From positions 69,750,001 through 69,814,000 of the forward strand of contig NC_043001.1 of the NCBI RefSeq assembly GCF_006345805.1: 64,000 nucleotides of DNA, written 5' to 3'. The DNA is from Octopus sinensis. Taxonomy: Eukaryota. The notes under the pieces were generated by a model that did not search any database, was not told the DNA's origin, and saw only the letters and a program-made list of their open reading frames with translations. Both the position numbers and the translations under genes were made by a program. This document shows, piece by piece, positions 41,401 through 54,325 of the stretch (positions within the stretch are counted from its first letter, which is position 1; each line of letters begins with the position of its first letter).

Positions 41401-42964
41401 AAACTTTCCTACAGTGAAAAATATTAATATTTTCTTTGAGTGGATTGAAGTCATTTCTTAATCTTTCTTTACGCTGACATTATGTAACATTCTAACTCCT
41501 CATAATATAGGTTCCCTTTGGTTTCATAAATGTAACCCATTCGCAATAGCTGGCAATAGCACAAATCATACTACAATACCCACCACACACATGCCAAATT
41601 TAAGGGAGTGAATAAGTAAATGTAAGCGACAATGCTTCAAACGAACTACAGCTCTCTTATTAAGCTATATAAGTTTCTTATGTAGCTAGTTTCCTGCCAA
41701 AGTTAATAACTGTTCGGCAGCTCACTCGAATTTTATGCACATCTTTCCTAGTTGAGTCAGAATTTTAAGTGCGAATATTGGGGCCTTATTTAGTAGTTTG
41801 AGTGACACACCAGAATAATACTGATCTATATCAACTTCAGTGAATTTATATCTGCTTTTATGGGGCAAGGAACTAGACCATTAGCTAGCCTCCGTGGAGA
41901 TCGACCACAGCTTTAGCAGAATTGTAGAAAGAAGGTGGCGTAATACTATACCTAAAATGAATTCGCTTATACTATCTATATCAGAGCCAGAACGGTAAAT
42001 GGAGCGACCGAAATGGTTCACAACGGAAGTTTCTTTGTGGTTTTTGAAGTTTAGGTGGGGTAGTCTGTGCTGAAGTGGTTGGCGGCGCGTATCTTCCAGA
42101 CCGAGGTTAAAAACTAATACACAAGTATTTCGGTTATTTTCCCTTCAGAATCCGGTAATATTTTGTAGTCCTGTATTTGTTTGAGGATAAGTTTCCGGTA
42201 GGTATCCACTGGTACTCTACCTAAGTTTCCAGATTTTATTGCCCCAATACTTGTCTCACCGTTTCCCATAATCCTAGCAATCGTTTTTCTCTTTCTTTCT
42301 GCTTCTTTCTCCTTCGTACTCTTGCAATCTAAATCACACACCTACTATGCATATTTTAGATTTCACATTGTGCTAAAAGTTCAGCGATTTATTAAAACTC
42401 CATTCTTTTTATACTTATTTTATTTTTCTATTTTTTATACTTTGTTATTGACATGTTGATTAATTTGGTCTCACCATTGTGCTGTGGTTGATTTGGAAAT
42501 TCCGCGCGGCATCGTAAAGTTTTTTGCGTTAATTTAGCCTGATGATTAGCTATACTGAGGAGAGTTCGTTGTGCAACAGTTGCATACGGAGGGTTCAGCT
42601 AGTTTACAAACATGAGTAGCTTATATTTTACCTGTGCCACTCCTTTAAGTTTGACATTTTATTTACATTTTTAGCGGTATTAGTTACTGATGGTGCGTTG
42701 TATAGAAACTATCAACTTATCGAATATGTGACCGTCATATGAGAAAGTGTTACTAAGTTCCGATACCAAAAGTTATTATTGTATCTCCTCGCACACTGAA
42801 AACTGTTTGTCCTATGTATTAACCGTGTACAGCTTGAAGCTTACTTGTATTTACACACACAGAGACACACATATAAATCTGCGTGTGTGTGTGTACGTAT
42901 ATATATATATATATGTATATTTGTACGTATATATATTTATTCATATATATGCATATATATATAG

Positions 42965-43008
<44 letters not shown>

Positions 43009-43609
43009 ACACACATATATATGTGTATATGTGTGTGTCTGTGAGTATGTGTGTGTCTCTGTGCGTGCGTGTGTGTCTCTGTGTGTCTGGAGAAACATGT
43101 AACGAAGTTCCTTTGCGCACTCGTCCCGATTGCACCTTGATGTCTGAGTGCGTTTCCAACTATACAGAAGTACTAATAAACTCAATATGAAAGATGAGGT
43201 AGACTGCGCGAATACTTAAAATGTTGCAAGATTGATGTTTGGGAGATTTGTAAACGAAAAAGTAATTCCGTTGCAATAATTTTAATAACAAAGTTATTAA
43301 TTACAATTAGAAATGTTGGCAGTTTGTCCTAGCTTTAGCAATTCTTTGAAAATATGCTGAATGTACAAGTCTACATTGTGATTGATCATATATGACTTTA
43401 TTATAAAGTGTGGCACATATCTTCTTGCAATGATGAAACACTTTGATATTTCCTGCAATTCATTAATGATACAAATTCTTCAAAGTATTCCTCCTTGTTC
43501 CTGAAATCAATAGCCATGAATGTATACTGAATTAATGGGACATAAGACAAGTGAAATTTCATTCTCTACCTCATACACACACATAACCACATAAACAAAT
43601 GCATGCATG

Positions 43610-43655
<46 letters not shown>

Positions 43656-44454
43656 CGTGTGTGTGTGTGTACATATGTATTTATGTATATGCATCGCAAT
43701 CACATTCGTACATAAGATGCGAGGACATACTGCCAATATTTAAATTATCGAAACAAATTACTGCAAAGAAATTCGAATGTATATATATGACTACCTATAT
43801 TTATTTCGTCATATCACTAAATAAAAGTGTGTATACATACACATACATTCATGTTTCTACGTATGTATGCATGTATGTATTTATGGATGTATGAATACAT
43901 GTATGTATGTATGTATGTATGTATGTATTATGTATATGTATTCGTAACTACGTCAGTACATAAGTCTGCCAAATTCCTTATTAAGTAAAATGGAGTCAAT
44001 TCTGCCTACAGCAGTAAAGATTGTACATCTTCTATTGTATCATTTCAATGAAATTGGATTTTCGAAACGAAAACTGGTTTAAGTTTTGAGAGAAGTTTTG
44101 AGGGAAGTTGAGGGAAGTTTAATCATTGCTCAAATAACTCAAATTACTTATGCTTACTAATAATTAAAATATTATTGTTTGACATGTGGTCATATAGTCG
44201 AGAAAAGAATCATTCTCATGAAATTAGGTATTATCATGCCGATGACTATTAATTGTTAATGCGTATAGTGCATTATGAGTAGACAGAGCTGCAACATTTT
44301 ATATGTATATATAAATATATGTGTGTGTGTGTATGTATGTATATATATAAATATATATAAATTGTATATACATATATATAAATATTTATAAATTGTATAT
44401 ATATATGTATGTATATATATATATAGGCTATATATATATATATATATATATATA

Positions 44455-44529
44455 GCCTAGGGTCGACCAAAGACTTGTGAGTAGATTTGGTAGACGGAAA
44501 CTGAAAGAAACCCTTCGTATATATTTATG

Positions 44530-44560
<31 letters not shown>

Positions 44561-44775
44561 TTATATATATATGTTTATATATAAATATGTATATATACGT
44601 ATATATATGTATATATATAAATGAATTATTATATATATATACATGTGTGTATGTGTTTGGGTGGGTGTTCGCAACATCACTTGACAACCGATGCTGGTGT
44701 GTTTACGTCCCCGTAACTTTGCATGACCGCAGTGAGAATGACTGGAACAAATAAAAGAGTAAGAGAGTAAAGAGT
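44455..44775 (+). mobile_element. SINE family A, 5'-truncated, with an expanded internal (TA)n
   Basis: Contains TAGCCTAGGGTCGACCAAAGACTTGTGAGTAGATTTGGTAGACGGAAACTGAAAG and CTTGACAACCGATGCTGG, and ends in a tail of TAAAAGAG-like repeats. Confidence 0.85.
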
Positions 44776-44784
44776 ATATATGTA

Positions 44785-44825
<41 letters not shown>

Positions 44826-44887
44826 TATATACACAATTTATTTATCATGGTTGCTTCCACACATCCTGCACCACTCCTTCATACTTA

Positions 44888-45161
44888 GGAAACTATACTG
44901 TGAGTCACTGCGCACACCACTGTGCAGATGCAAAACATCTCATGATGCAACTCGGTCTGTAGTTACAAAAATGATATTTTGTTCTTAAGCCTAACTAGAA
45001 AACAATTATAGTAGCCCTATCTACCATATATTGCAAACAAAGACTATCAACATTTCAGTTTTTAAGAGAGAAACATCACTTATTTAATGATAAGGCAGTT
45101 CTATCATCTGCAGAGATGCATCTGCTCTGTGGCGTGCACTGAAAGTTACTGTATAGTTTCC
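44888..45161. mobile_element. Old MITE-like element with ~45-bp degenerate TIRs
   Basis: GGAAACTATACTGTGAG...GTGCAGATGCA pairs with TGCATCTGCTC...TTACTGTATAGTTTCC. Confidence 0.55.
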
Positions 45162-45490
45162 CACCCATGAGTGAATAGTGCTGGATATTTCCAAATGATT
45201 CTTGTGAAAAAATTAAGTCTCCAGTATACTGTATTTTCAGTATCCATTGTTCCTACCCAATGTGCTCGAAATACGGATTAGAAAAACAGCCGACAACTGA
45301 TAAAGAGCCATTTTTCGTGTTGTTCGTGTTGTTTTCCAATGTTTCTTTCGGTGTTCGCAAAAACATGTTCATATTCCATGTCCTCGTACTTCGTATTTCT
45401 TGTTGTTTTGACGTCCAGCACCCACATATGCATATACATATACATATACTATACATATAATTATGTACGCATACGTATGAATATATGCAT

Positions 45491-45534
<44 letters not shown>

Positions 45535-45535
45535 G

Positions 45536-45588
<53 letters not shown>

Positions 45589-45607
45589 TATATAATATAT
45601 ATATATA

Positions 45608-45990
45608 CTCTTTTACTTGTTTCAGTCATTTGACTGCGACCATGCTGGAATACCGCCTTCGGTCGAGCAAATCGACCCCAGAGCTTATGCTTTGTAAGCC
45701 TAGTTCTTCTTCTATTAGTCTCTTTTACTGAACCGCTACACTACGGGAACGTAAATACACCAGCAACCGTTGTCAAATAGACACAAAAACATATACACAT
45801 ATACATGTACATATATATACATTTACGAAGGGTTTCTACCAGTTTACGTCTACTAAATCCTCCCACAACTCTTTGGTCACCCCGTAGCTACAGTAGAAGA
45901 CACTTGCCCAAGGTGCCACCCAGTGGGACTGAACCTGGAGCAGTGTGGTTGGTAAGGAAGCCACTTACCACACAGGCACTCCTGCGCCTA
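45608..45990 (-). mobile_element. SINE family A, near full length
   Basis: Minus strand runs from GGCGCAGGAGTGCCTGTGTGGTAAG...GGTTCAGTCCCACTGGGTGGCACCTTGGGCAAGTGTCTTCTAC through to ATGACTGAAACAAGTAAAAGAG. Confidence 0.9.
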
Positions 45991-46458
45991 TTATTTATAT
46001 TAATATATGATTGAACGTCACGCATCCTTTTCCAAGTAAGTGTTATATCAATAATTCTCTCTCGCTCCTCTCTTTCTCTTGTGCTCCGCTTTATATATAT
46101 ATATATATCTCGTTGCTCACACGTGACCATCGTGTAACATTCTTTTCTTCATATGATATCTTTCTTTTCCTGTAGCAGTGATTTTTTTCTCTCTTTCTCT
46201 TTTCTATCTTTTCTCTTTTTAAAAGAAATGTGTCTCACAGACTTCGCTATTTTCCTCTCATTCTGGTCTAACGATACGCCATGTGTGTTTTCGTTCGGTT
46301 TCTTTGTATGTCTCCACTGTCATGTTTTTGTTCCCAACTGTGATCCCCCATAAATCCAAATTTTAATATTGGGATTCATGGGAGCAACTGTCTTTCAAGA
46401 CTCATATTCATGTTGTTTGCGCCGTTGGTGAAGTTATGTACCCATATATGCATGTATA

Positions 46459-46589
<131 letters not shown>

Positions 46590-46612
46590 TATTATATATA
46601 TATATATATAAA

Positions 46613-46843
46613 TCTTAGGGTAGCAAAAAATGCTTTTTTTTAATTCTTTGCTACCAGTGGTCTAGCGAGAAGGAAAAATTAGTCAATAGACTATATATTA
46701 TTCATATAATAATACACTGTACATTTAAACACATTCGAGATGTCCGTAATAGGACATCTGACTCGCTAGAAGAGTAGTTAAACTGCAAACCACTTATAGT
46801 GGTTTGTCCTATTATGAACATCTCTTATGTGTTTAAATGTACA

Positions 46844-46850
<7 letters not shown>
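46613..46850. mobile_element. Small fold-back element in a (TA)n array
   Basis: TACACTGTACATTTAAACACAT...TAATAGGACA (46713-46756) pairs with TGTCCTATTA...ATGTGTTTAAATGTACACTGTA (46805-46848) around a central hairpin CAAACCACT-TAT-AGTGGTTTG. Confidence 0.6.
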
Positions 46851-46887
<37 letters not shown>

Positions 46888-48169
46888 CGAGGGGCGTTCA
46901 ATAAGTAATGCCTCTGACCCACTTCCCATAGCAGTAGAGCAACGAAACTTGGCACAGTTATTAGTCTTTTTCTACATAGGAACCACCCAGAGTTACGCAT
47001 TTCTCCCATCGTTTGATGCGGCTCTGGAGACCCTTTTTGTAGAAGAACCCAGCTTGGTCCTCCAACCTCAGCGTGACTTCAGAAATCAAGGCTGCATCAT
47101 CTGGGAAATGCTTTCCTTTCAAAAACAACTTCATGATTGGGAAGAGGTGAAAATCAGAGGATGCAAGGTCAGGAAAGTAGGGGGGATGGGGAGGAGTTCA
47201 TAGCCATACGCCTGTGCTTCTGATCTGGCGACAAGCGAGTTGTGGACCGGAGCGTTGTCCTGCAGGAGGGGGATGCCTTTGCTGATCTTGCCCCGCCTCT
47301 TGATTTTGATAGCTTCTCTTAATGTCCTCAAAAGTGAAGCATAATAGGCTCCTGCAATTGTGGTACCATTTGCCAGGAAATCTGTCATCACTACTCCGTC
47401 CTGGTCCCAGAAGACTGTGAGCATGACCTTGCCAGCAGAGGGCTGCACCCTTGCCTTCTTTGGAGGGGGTGAGTCACGGTGCTTCCACTGCATTGACTGG
47501 GCTTTGGTCTCTGGATCATTGTGATGGACCCAGGTTTCATCCTGTGTAATCAGTCTTTTGAAAAATTTTGACTCATCTTCTTGGCGCATCTCCAAATTTC
47601 CCCTCGAGCACTCGACGCGTTCTTGCTTCTGGAAAGGTGTGAGCAACCTGGGAATCCATCTGGCAGACACCTTTTGCATATGCAAATGGTCATGAATGAT
47701 AGTTTCCACAGACCCGGTACTAATCTTGACGTCATGGGCTATTTGTCGAATAATTATGCGTCGATCTTCCAAAATGGCAGCCTCAACTTGACGGACAGAT
47801 GCCTCATCAATGGCAGAAGGGGACGACCAGATCTGGGAGCTGTTTCCACAGAGTTCCGACCATGTTTGAATTCACGATGCCAGCGTTTTACAAGGTCATA
47901 TGATGGGGCATCATCACCATAAGTTACTTTCATTTCATCAAAAGTCTCCCGTGGTGTGCATCCTTTCAAATACAAAAACCGGATCACTGCTCGACACTCA
48001 ACAGGCTCCATTTCACACTTGACTCAGTTCAAACACCTGTAAATCAGAAACCCCAATTAATTCACAGCTGTAATTTGCCACTTACTCTATAGAGATATAA
48101 ATGATTGCACATGCAAAATTTCAAACAACTGCAGGTGGGTCAGAGGCATTACTTATTGAACGTCCCTCG
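46888..48169 (-). mobile_element. Mariner DNA transposon, full length (1282 bp), copy 2
   Basis: Same TIRs as copy 1, with TA at 46886-46887 and 48170-48171; it is inserted in a (TA)n run. Confidence 0.97.
46961..48011 (-). pseudogene. Mariner D,D34D transposase with two frameshifts and no in-frame stops
   Basis: ORFs 47754-48011 and 47131-47772, plus a C-terminal frame ending YVEKD* at 46961. The -1 shifts lie in G runs near 47820 and 47190, and YSPDLAPSD reads YFPDLASSD. Confidence 0.93.
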
Positions 48170-48204
48170 TATATATATATATATATAGGTATAGATTTCA
48201 AATT

Positions 48205-48388
48205 TTGACATAAGGCAAAGAATTTCAGGGCAAGGGGTACATCGATTATGTTATTGCCGTTGTTCAACTCGTACTTCTTTTATGCATCCCGACATCTTGA
48301 TGGAATTTGTACTGAGAACACGAAGACGGAAGAAATACCACTAAACACTTTGCCTGGCGTGCTAATAGTTTTGCCAATTCGCTACCGT
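48205..48388 (-). mobile_element. SINE family B, diverged
   Basis: Contains GAGAACACGAAGACGGAAGAAATACCACTAAACACTTTGCCTGGCGTGCTAA..TTGCCAATTCGC. Confidence 0.7.
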
Positions 48389-49911
48389 TACACACAATCA
48401 CACACCCAGATACACACACACACAGAAACACACACACACACAGACATATACACACTCACTCACACACACACGCAAATAAAGTGCATTAAGTAATCATCGT
48501 ATTCCAATTTTTCGATTTTCAATGAGTTGAAGGTGATCGAAAATCTTTCCATACAGACACAAGACAGGCTACGCTTTCGGGGTTTTGTGATAAAGTTTAC
48601 AGAAGTAACCCAATAGTTTTACCATTAATTCTGTGAAATATTCACGGGTCACGCAAGTATTTATATAATTGCATGACTGTGACTGAGAATGAGGGAGGGA
48701 AGAGGAGAGTGAAATGAGAGAGAGAAAGAGAGAGAGCACATGTGCCAGTGTGTGTGTTTGGGTGTGTATGCGTTGATGCACATCAACGTGGTATAGTGTG
48801 TGGGAGAATGTGTGGGTATGTGCATGCGCGTAAATGCGTGAATGTATGTGTGAGTGCTCCATCTGCAGAGAGGTAGCTACTACCAGTACATTACATTATG
48901 AGGAGTTAAATATGAAATAATTTAAACAAGTGAGAGAACTTTAAAAAAACAGTAATGGCATGGTGTAAATGGAATTTTTAAATGTTTCAAAAATGTCAAT
49001 ACCAAGTTTTAACACATATTTCAGAATTGCAAAATAAATAATTGTGAATAAATATATAAAATTGAATGCAATAAGCATACATATATATAGGTGTGTGTGC
49101 TTGTATGTGTGTTTATAATTTTAAGGTGCAGGATATTTGGTGCATGTGTGTATATTTGTATAAATGTGTGTGTGGATGTGTGTATGTGTGTGTTTTTGCA
49201 TTTAACATTTCAAATGCTAACAGAAGTAACAAGAAGCTGAGCATTGACAATTATTTAGAGAAAAACAGGACAAGATAGCTGTAGAAACATTCACCATCTT
49301 ATTTTCAACTATAAGAAGGTCAAATGTGTTAACTTGTAATTAAAGCTAATATGACTTTTCTTCCCTTGTAGGAAGACATAGTTTTGTTAACTTTTACTGT
49401 CACGTCATACAAATAGTGGAAACATGCAACTTGTATATTTGTACAGTTTATTCCATTTTATCTATTATATTTCACACTAAACCCACAGTGAATATAGTTT
49501 TGTGAAACCCATATTTTTAGATGATGTTGCTTTTTTGACTTTCATATTCATATGCACGATAAGACGACCCCGCTGAATACATATGAATAGAATTGAAGAA
49601 AAATGGGACGCACATATAAAGGAACGCTATACATAGTCTAATCAATACGTATCTGGACTGTGCCATACTAATGAAGCTAAAACATGCAGAATAACGCCGC
49701 TTGGCACATGTTGACCTAGGACTCTGTTACGCATGCACAGTAAGATTTAATATTCTAGCAGTGCTTGGAAGGAAGAAATGTAGCGTGGGTTCATCGCATT
49801 GATATTGATAGAGAAAGTCGAGCAGAAAATCTACATCAAACCTTGCCAAAATTCTTTCGAAAATTTTTATCCTTATTTTAGAAGTATATAATTCTATAAA
49901 AATTATGTATT

Positions 49912-50452
49912 TGGCTGTGTATGTGGTAAGTAGCTTGCTTACGAACATCATGGTTGCGGGTTCTGTCCCACTGCTTGGCACCTAGGGCAAGTTCCTTCTA
50001 CTATAACCACGGGTCGGCCAAAGCCTTGTAAGTGGATTTAGTAGACAGAAACTTAAAGAAGCCTGTCGTGTATACACACACACGCACACACACACAGACA
50101 CGCACATATATATATATATAAAATTCTCTGAGCGAGGTTTAAACAGTTGATGCACGATATCATGAAGTATATTTACCACTTAAATGTGGCTAAACCTTAA
50201 GGGCGGATGCTACTGTAGCTTGTAGACCAAGGAGGACACCTCTTCCAGCTGGTTATTGACACACTTTCTGTGCCCTATCAATACCCAGAAACTAGGCTCC
50301 GTGGAGATGGGAAGGATGGATTCCCTTGCAAATACTGATAGGGCACAGAAAGTGTGTCAATAGCCGCTGGAGGAGGTGTCCTCCTGGGGCTACAAGCTAC
50401 AGCAGCATCCACCCTTAAGTGTTAGCTACATTTAAGTGGCAAATATACTTCC

Positions 50453-50502
<50 letters not shown>

Positions 50503-50718
50503 ATGAGTTTGTGTGTCTGAGTTTTATCCACCACATTCGCTTGGCAACCGTTGTTGGTGTGTTTACGTCCGCGTAACGTAGCGGTTCGGCAAAGGCAACT
50601 GATAGAATAAGTACTATAATTACAAAGAATAAGTCCAGATGGCGAATTGTTCGACCAAAGCTGGTGTTCCAGCATGGTCACGTCAAATGACTGAAGGAAG
50701 TAAAAGAGTAAAAGAGTA
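49912..50718 (+). mobile_element. SINE family A interrupted in its central microsatellite by a palindromic element
   Basis: The head at 49912-50070 (TGGTAAGTAGCTTGCTTAC...GGCACCTAGGGCAAG) and the tail at 50500-50718 (GCTTGGCAACCG...AAATGACTGAAGGAAGTAAAAGAG) flank the segment 50120-50458. Confidence 0.85.
50164..50451. mobile_element. Long palindromic element; the inner part 50201-50414 is GGG...CCC bounded by TTAA (Kolobok-like MITE interpretation)
   Basis: Inner arms are 50201-50280 and 50336-50414, with TTAA at 50197-50200 and 50415-50418. The inverted symmetry continues ~30 bp further out on both sides. Confidence 0.7.
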
Positions 50719-51138
50719 TATATAGTTTGACTGAGCGAAATAAGGAACAAGTAATTTTGTGCGGTTACATTACCAATAAAATGATGTGCCAAGATCTAAA
50801 ACTTACACGTATTTAAGTCTGGGACGTAAAAGATCTGCTGATTCCTTCGCGAGCCCTAAAGCCCCTAGAAGATTCTTTAATTCACACATGTCGAATACGT
50901 TCTTCAACACAGTGTTATTGCTGTCTCTATAGTCATTGCTATTCATGACTTGTGGCTCAGAGCTCAATTGTACGTCTTCAAAATGTCCTTGTGGTGATGG
51001 GCCCGAAAATTACTTAGAGACACTAAGTAATTTTTAAATCTGCCTGGGTGTCTTCTTCAATATATGAAACTATTAGTAGCTTATAACTATACACTGCCTA
51101 CATTAAACAATATTTCTTTATCTTTCAACTCATAGAAC

Positions 51139-51200
<62 letters not shown>

Positions 51201-51776
51201 CGTGTATATATATATATATATGTGTGTGTGTATCTGTCTGTTTGCATGTATATATATATGTGTTTTGTGGGAAGGTTATCTAAGTATAATTTATCATAAC
51301 TGTCTGTGCAACGTATTTTCAGATTATCTTAAATAATTCATCTTCCTTCATATTGAATTCTAATCACACATTTTATATTTTCCTTTAAAAAATATCTAAT
51401 TCATCATGTATATTCCTTGTAATCTACACGACATCATTTCTCTCGCCTACTCAATTTTATTAAACATTAAGTATACAACTCGTTATAAAATTGTTTAATA
51501 TGAAACAAGAAATATTGCTGAAGTTGCCGAAACGTTTAAACTGTAAATAAATACAGCTAGTAACATCCATTTTGCAAGTAGGCAGACACACACAGACATT
51601 TAAATGTAAATATGAATACCTATTCACGAAATATGACGCAAAACCAGACACCGCAAAATTTGGAGAGATGTTCAACTTTCTCGTAGCGGAAATAAATATA
51701 TACATAAACATTCATACAGAGGAAACCCTTAACCATTTTAATAGGGAAAGCAATCCCTATGAGATTATCATTTAAA

Positions 51777-51778
<2 letters not shown>

Positions 51779-51814
<36 letters not shown>

Positions 51815-51932
51815 CAGCAGCAGTAGCAGTAGTAGCAGCAGGCGCAGCAGCAGTAGCAGCGGCAGTTGCAGTAGTAGCAGTAGCATTAGCAGCAGCAGCA
51901 GCAGTGGTAGTAGTAGTAGTATTAGTAGTAGT
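51779..51932. repeat. (TAG)n/(CAG)n trinucleotide microsatellite
   Basis: Directly visible. Confidence 0.95.
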
Positions 51933-51934
51933 AC

Positions 51935-52243
51935 GTCTGTTACGACTACGATTGTTCTAGCTGATTCGATCAACTTTGCAGCCTGCTCGCGAAATTAAGT
52001 TGCAAGCAGCTGAGCCCTCCAGAAATACGTGTCTCTGGAGTGCTCTGTAAACATACTTCTCAGTAAACATACTTCTTAGAAAGATTCTATGTGACAGCAG
52101 TTGTGGTAATGCTGGCACTTTGTATTAGAGGTAAAACATATTTTTGCCGGCTTATTGGACTGAAACGGCGTGTGTTCCTCACGGATACGAAACTCACGAC
52201 TTTACGATCCTGAGCGAATACCCCAACCACTAAGCCACGCACC
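51935..52243 (-). mobile_element. SINE family C1, diverged
   Basis: GTTACGACTACG, GCAGCCTGCTCGCGAAATTAA and the head AACCACTAAGCCACGCACC match 36589-36974. Confidence 0.7.
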
Positions 52244-52633
52244 TTCATTTACATACTATATTCTACACTTATCATCTCAAGTATGGTGGGGTGGTTAAGA
52301 AGTTAGCCAGGCAACTATGTATTTCTTGCTTCGATCTTTACAAGAGAGGTCCTTGTCCTGGTAATATCTACTATAAAATGTGTTCAGCTAAAATAGGTTA
52401 GGCGCCGATCTATGAGAGCATTTTTGTTCGTAGGAGGGCGACTTAGAACACTTCTTCATATAATTGAACCAATGGAAATTTGGTATTATTAAAGTACTGG
52501 CTAATTTGCTGCAAATATTCAGAATAAATCACCAACTGCCCCTTAATCCTTAATACGTATAAAATCTACACAATCAACAGTGCCTTGAATTTCGTTTCTA
52601 ACAATAATACTTCTAGATGTTAACACACAAGTA

Positions 52634-53085
52634 CCGTAAAGACTCGAGTATAGTCCGCCCTTGAATATAATACACAGAGGATTTTTAGGGGGCTGTACCT
52701 CTGAAAAACCTAAACATCGTGTATAATACGCACCCCTCTAACTTGAGTCAAGGAGGTCTATATAACGTCCTGTGTTTGTAAAAATGTATATGGTAACGTC
52801 CCTTATTATTATTATATATATAACATAATGCAAATGTGTAGCTTTTTTGTGCATTTTGTTGCAGAAAATAAAGAAATAACAGTAATGACGTTTAATAAAT
52901 GTTGCTTACTGCAAGTTATGGATGATTCTTTTATGACTTTATTGCTTTCAGGCTTATCTTAAGGTATTTTCGCGCCTGACATCACAAAATGCGTCTGAAT
53001 AAACATTACCGGACAGCAAATAGAGACTCGGACATTGCTAAGAAAATATTTTTCATTTTTAACCTCGTATATAGTCGCACTAGGG
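52634..53085. mobile_element. pogo/Tigger-like DNA transposon terminal fragment
   Basis: A TA-CCGTAAAGACTCGAGTATAGTCCGC terminus is followed by repeated subterminal motifs (TCGTGTATAATACGCAC, CTCGTATATAGTCGCAC). It is truncated at (GATA)n. Confidence 0.6.
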
Positions 53086-53089
53086 ATAG

Positions 53090-53173
<84 letters not shown>
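53085..53173. repeat. (GATA)n microsatellite
   Basis: Directly visible. Confidence 0.95.
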
Positions 53174-53431
53174 TGTTACTTGTTTTTCACTTGCTTCGGT
53201 CATTGCACTTCGGCCATGATAGTTAACTGAATCGAGATCCTTAAATATGGTGAGGCTTCTAATTGTTTTCCCTCATGTCGGTAATTTATTATATCGATTT
53301 ATTTACTGACGCATGCATACATATACATATATGTGGGTATATATATTCTTATATGCATATATTTATATGTATGTATATATATACATATATATTTATTCAT
53401 TTATATGTATGTGCGTGTGCATGTGTTTATA

Positions 53432-53491
53432 GAATGAACATTGGTTTCGCACCTATATAACACTCAACAATATAGGGGTATCGTCAGACTC
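53432..53491 (-). ncRNA. Degenerate hammerhead-like motif
   Basis: Minus strand reads gagt CTGACGA tacc-cctatat...atatagg-tgc GAAA CCAATGT TC attc. The cores are intact and stem I is gagt/attc; stem III needs one substitution to pair. Confidence 0.45.
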
Positions 53492-54281
53492 AAATGGCCG
53501 AAGCGACCTAACCTCTCTACAAATGGTTGGAATGCGTCATGGTAAGATAGTTCTTTACAGAAAAACATATTCGTCCCCTAACGGACTTTTACCCCCTTAC
53601 ATTTACTCCGGCCTTCGTGGTATTCGAAGGAGCTGCGGCCGACCTATTCAACAAATTGGGAATCCTAAGTTTGAACTAAGAAACATTTTACATGAAAGCA
53701 TTGAGTAAATACATGATTCTTGAATTTTAAAAAGGCCTCTGGGTCAATCGAGAAACATTCTTAAATTCGCTCGGCCCGGAAACATTGCATTTAACTTCCT
53801 AATATACATGTGTGTGTGTGTGTGTGTGTTACTACTCTCATTCTTTATAACGTGCATCTTTTTCAGATAAATGACCTACTGATGACATTATGTATATATA
53901 TATATATATAATATATTATATATATATATATATTATAGATATGCACATTTATATATAAACAATTATTAATTCATTAATTTAGTTTTCGTTCTATTATTTG
54001 TTGTAGAGAATATTTTGAAAGCGCGTCACTTACTTAGGAATTATATTTTGTTTTTATGAACCTCTTTTCTAATTATTGAAACTGTATTACATTAAATCTT
54101 GATTGCGTCGTTTTGGAAATCGCTTGCGGGATTATTAATATTCACAAGCAATTGAAAGAGGAAGATAGTATGAATAAATGTTACAGATATTCTAATATAG
54201 TACAAGAATAACAATATAATCGACTAATAAGTACAAAACTTGAATTGGAACTACGTATTACATTGTATATTACACACACAC

Positions 54282-54325
<44 letters not shown>

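Noticed and set aside
41560-42341. PIF/Harbinger-like transposase remnant on the minus strand (RKRK...DTYRKL...KITE, then ANSF)
   Set aside because: Similarity is only impressionistic, with many stops and no catalytic motif or TIR found; it needs a BLASTX search.
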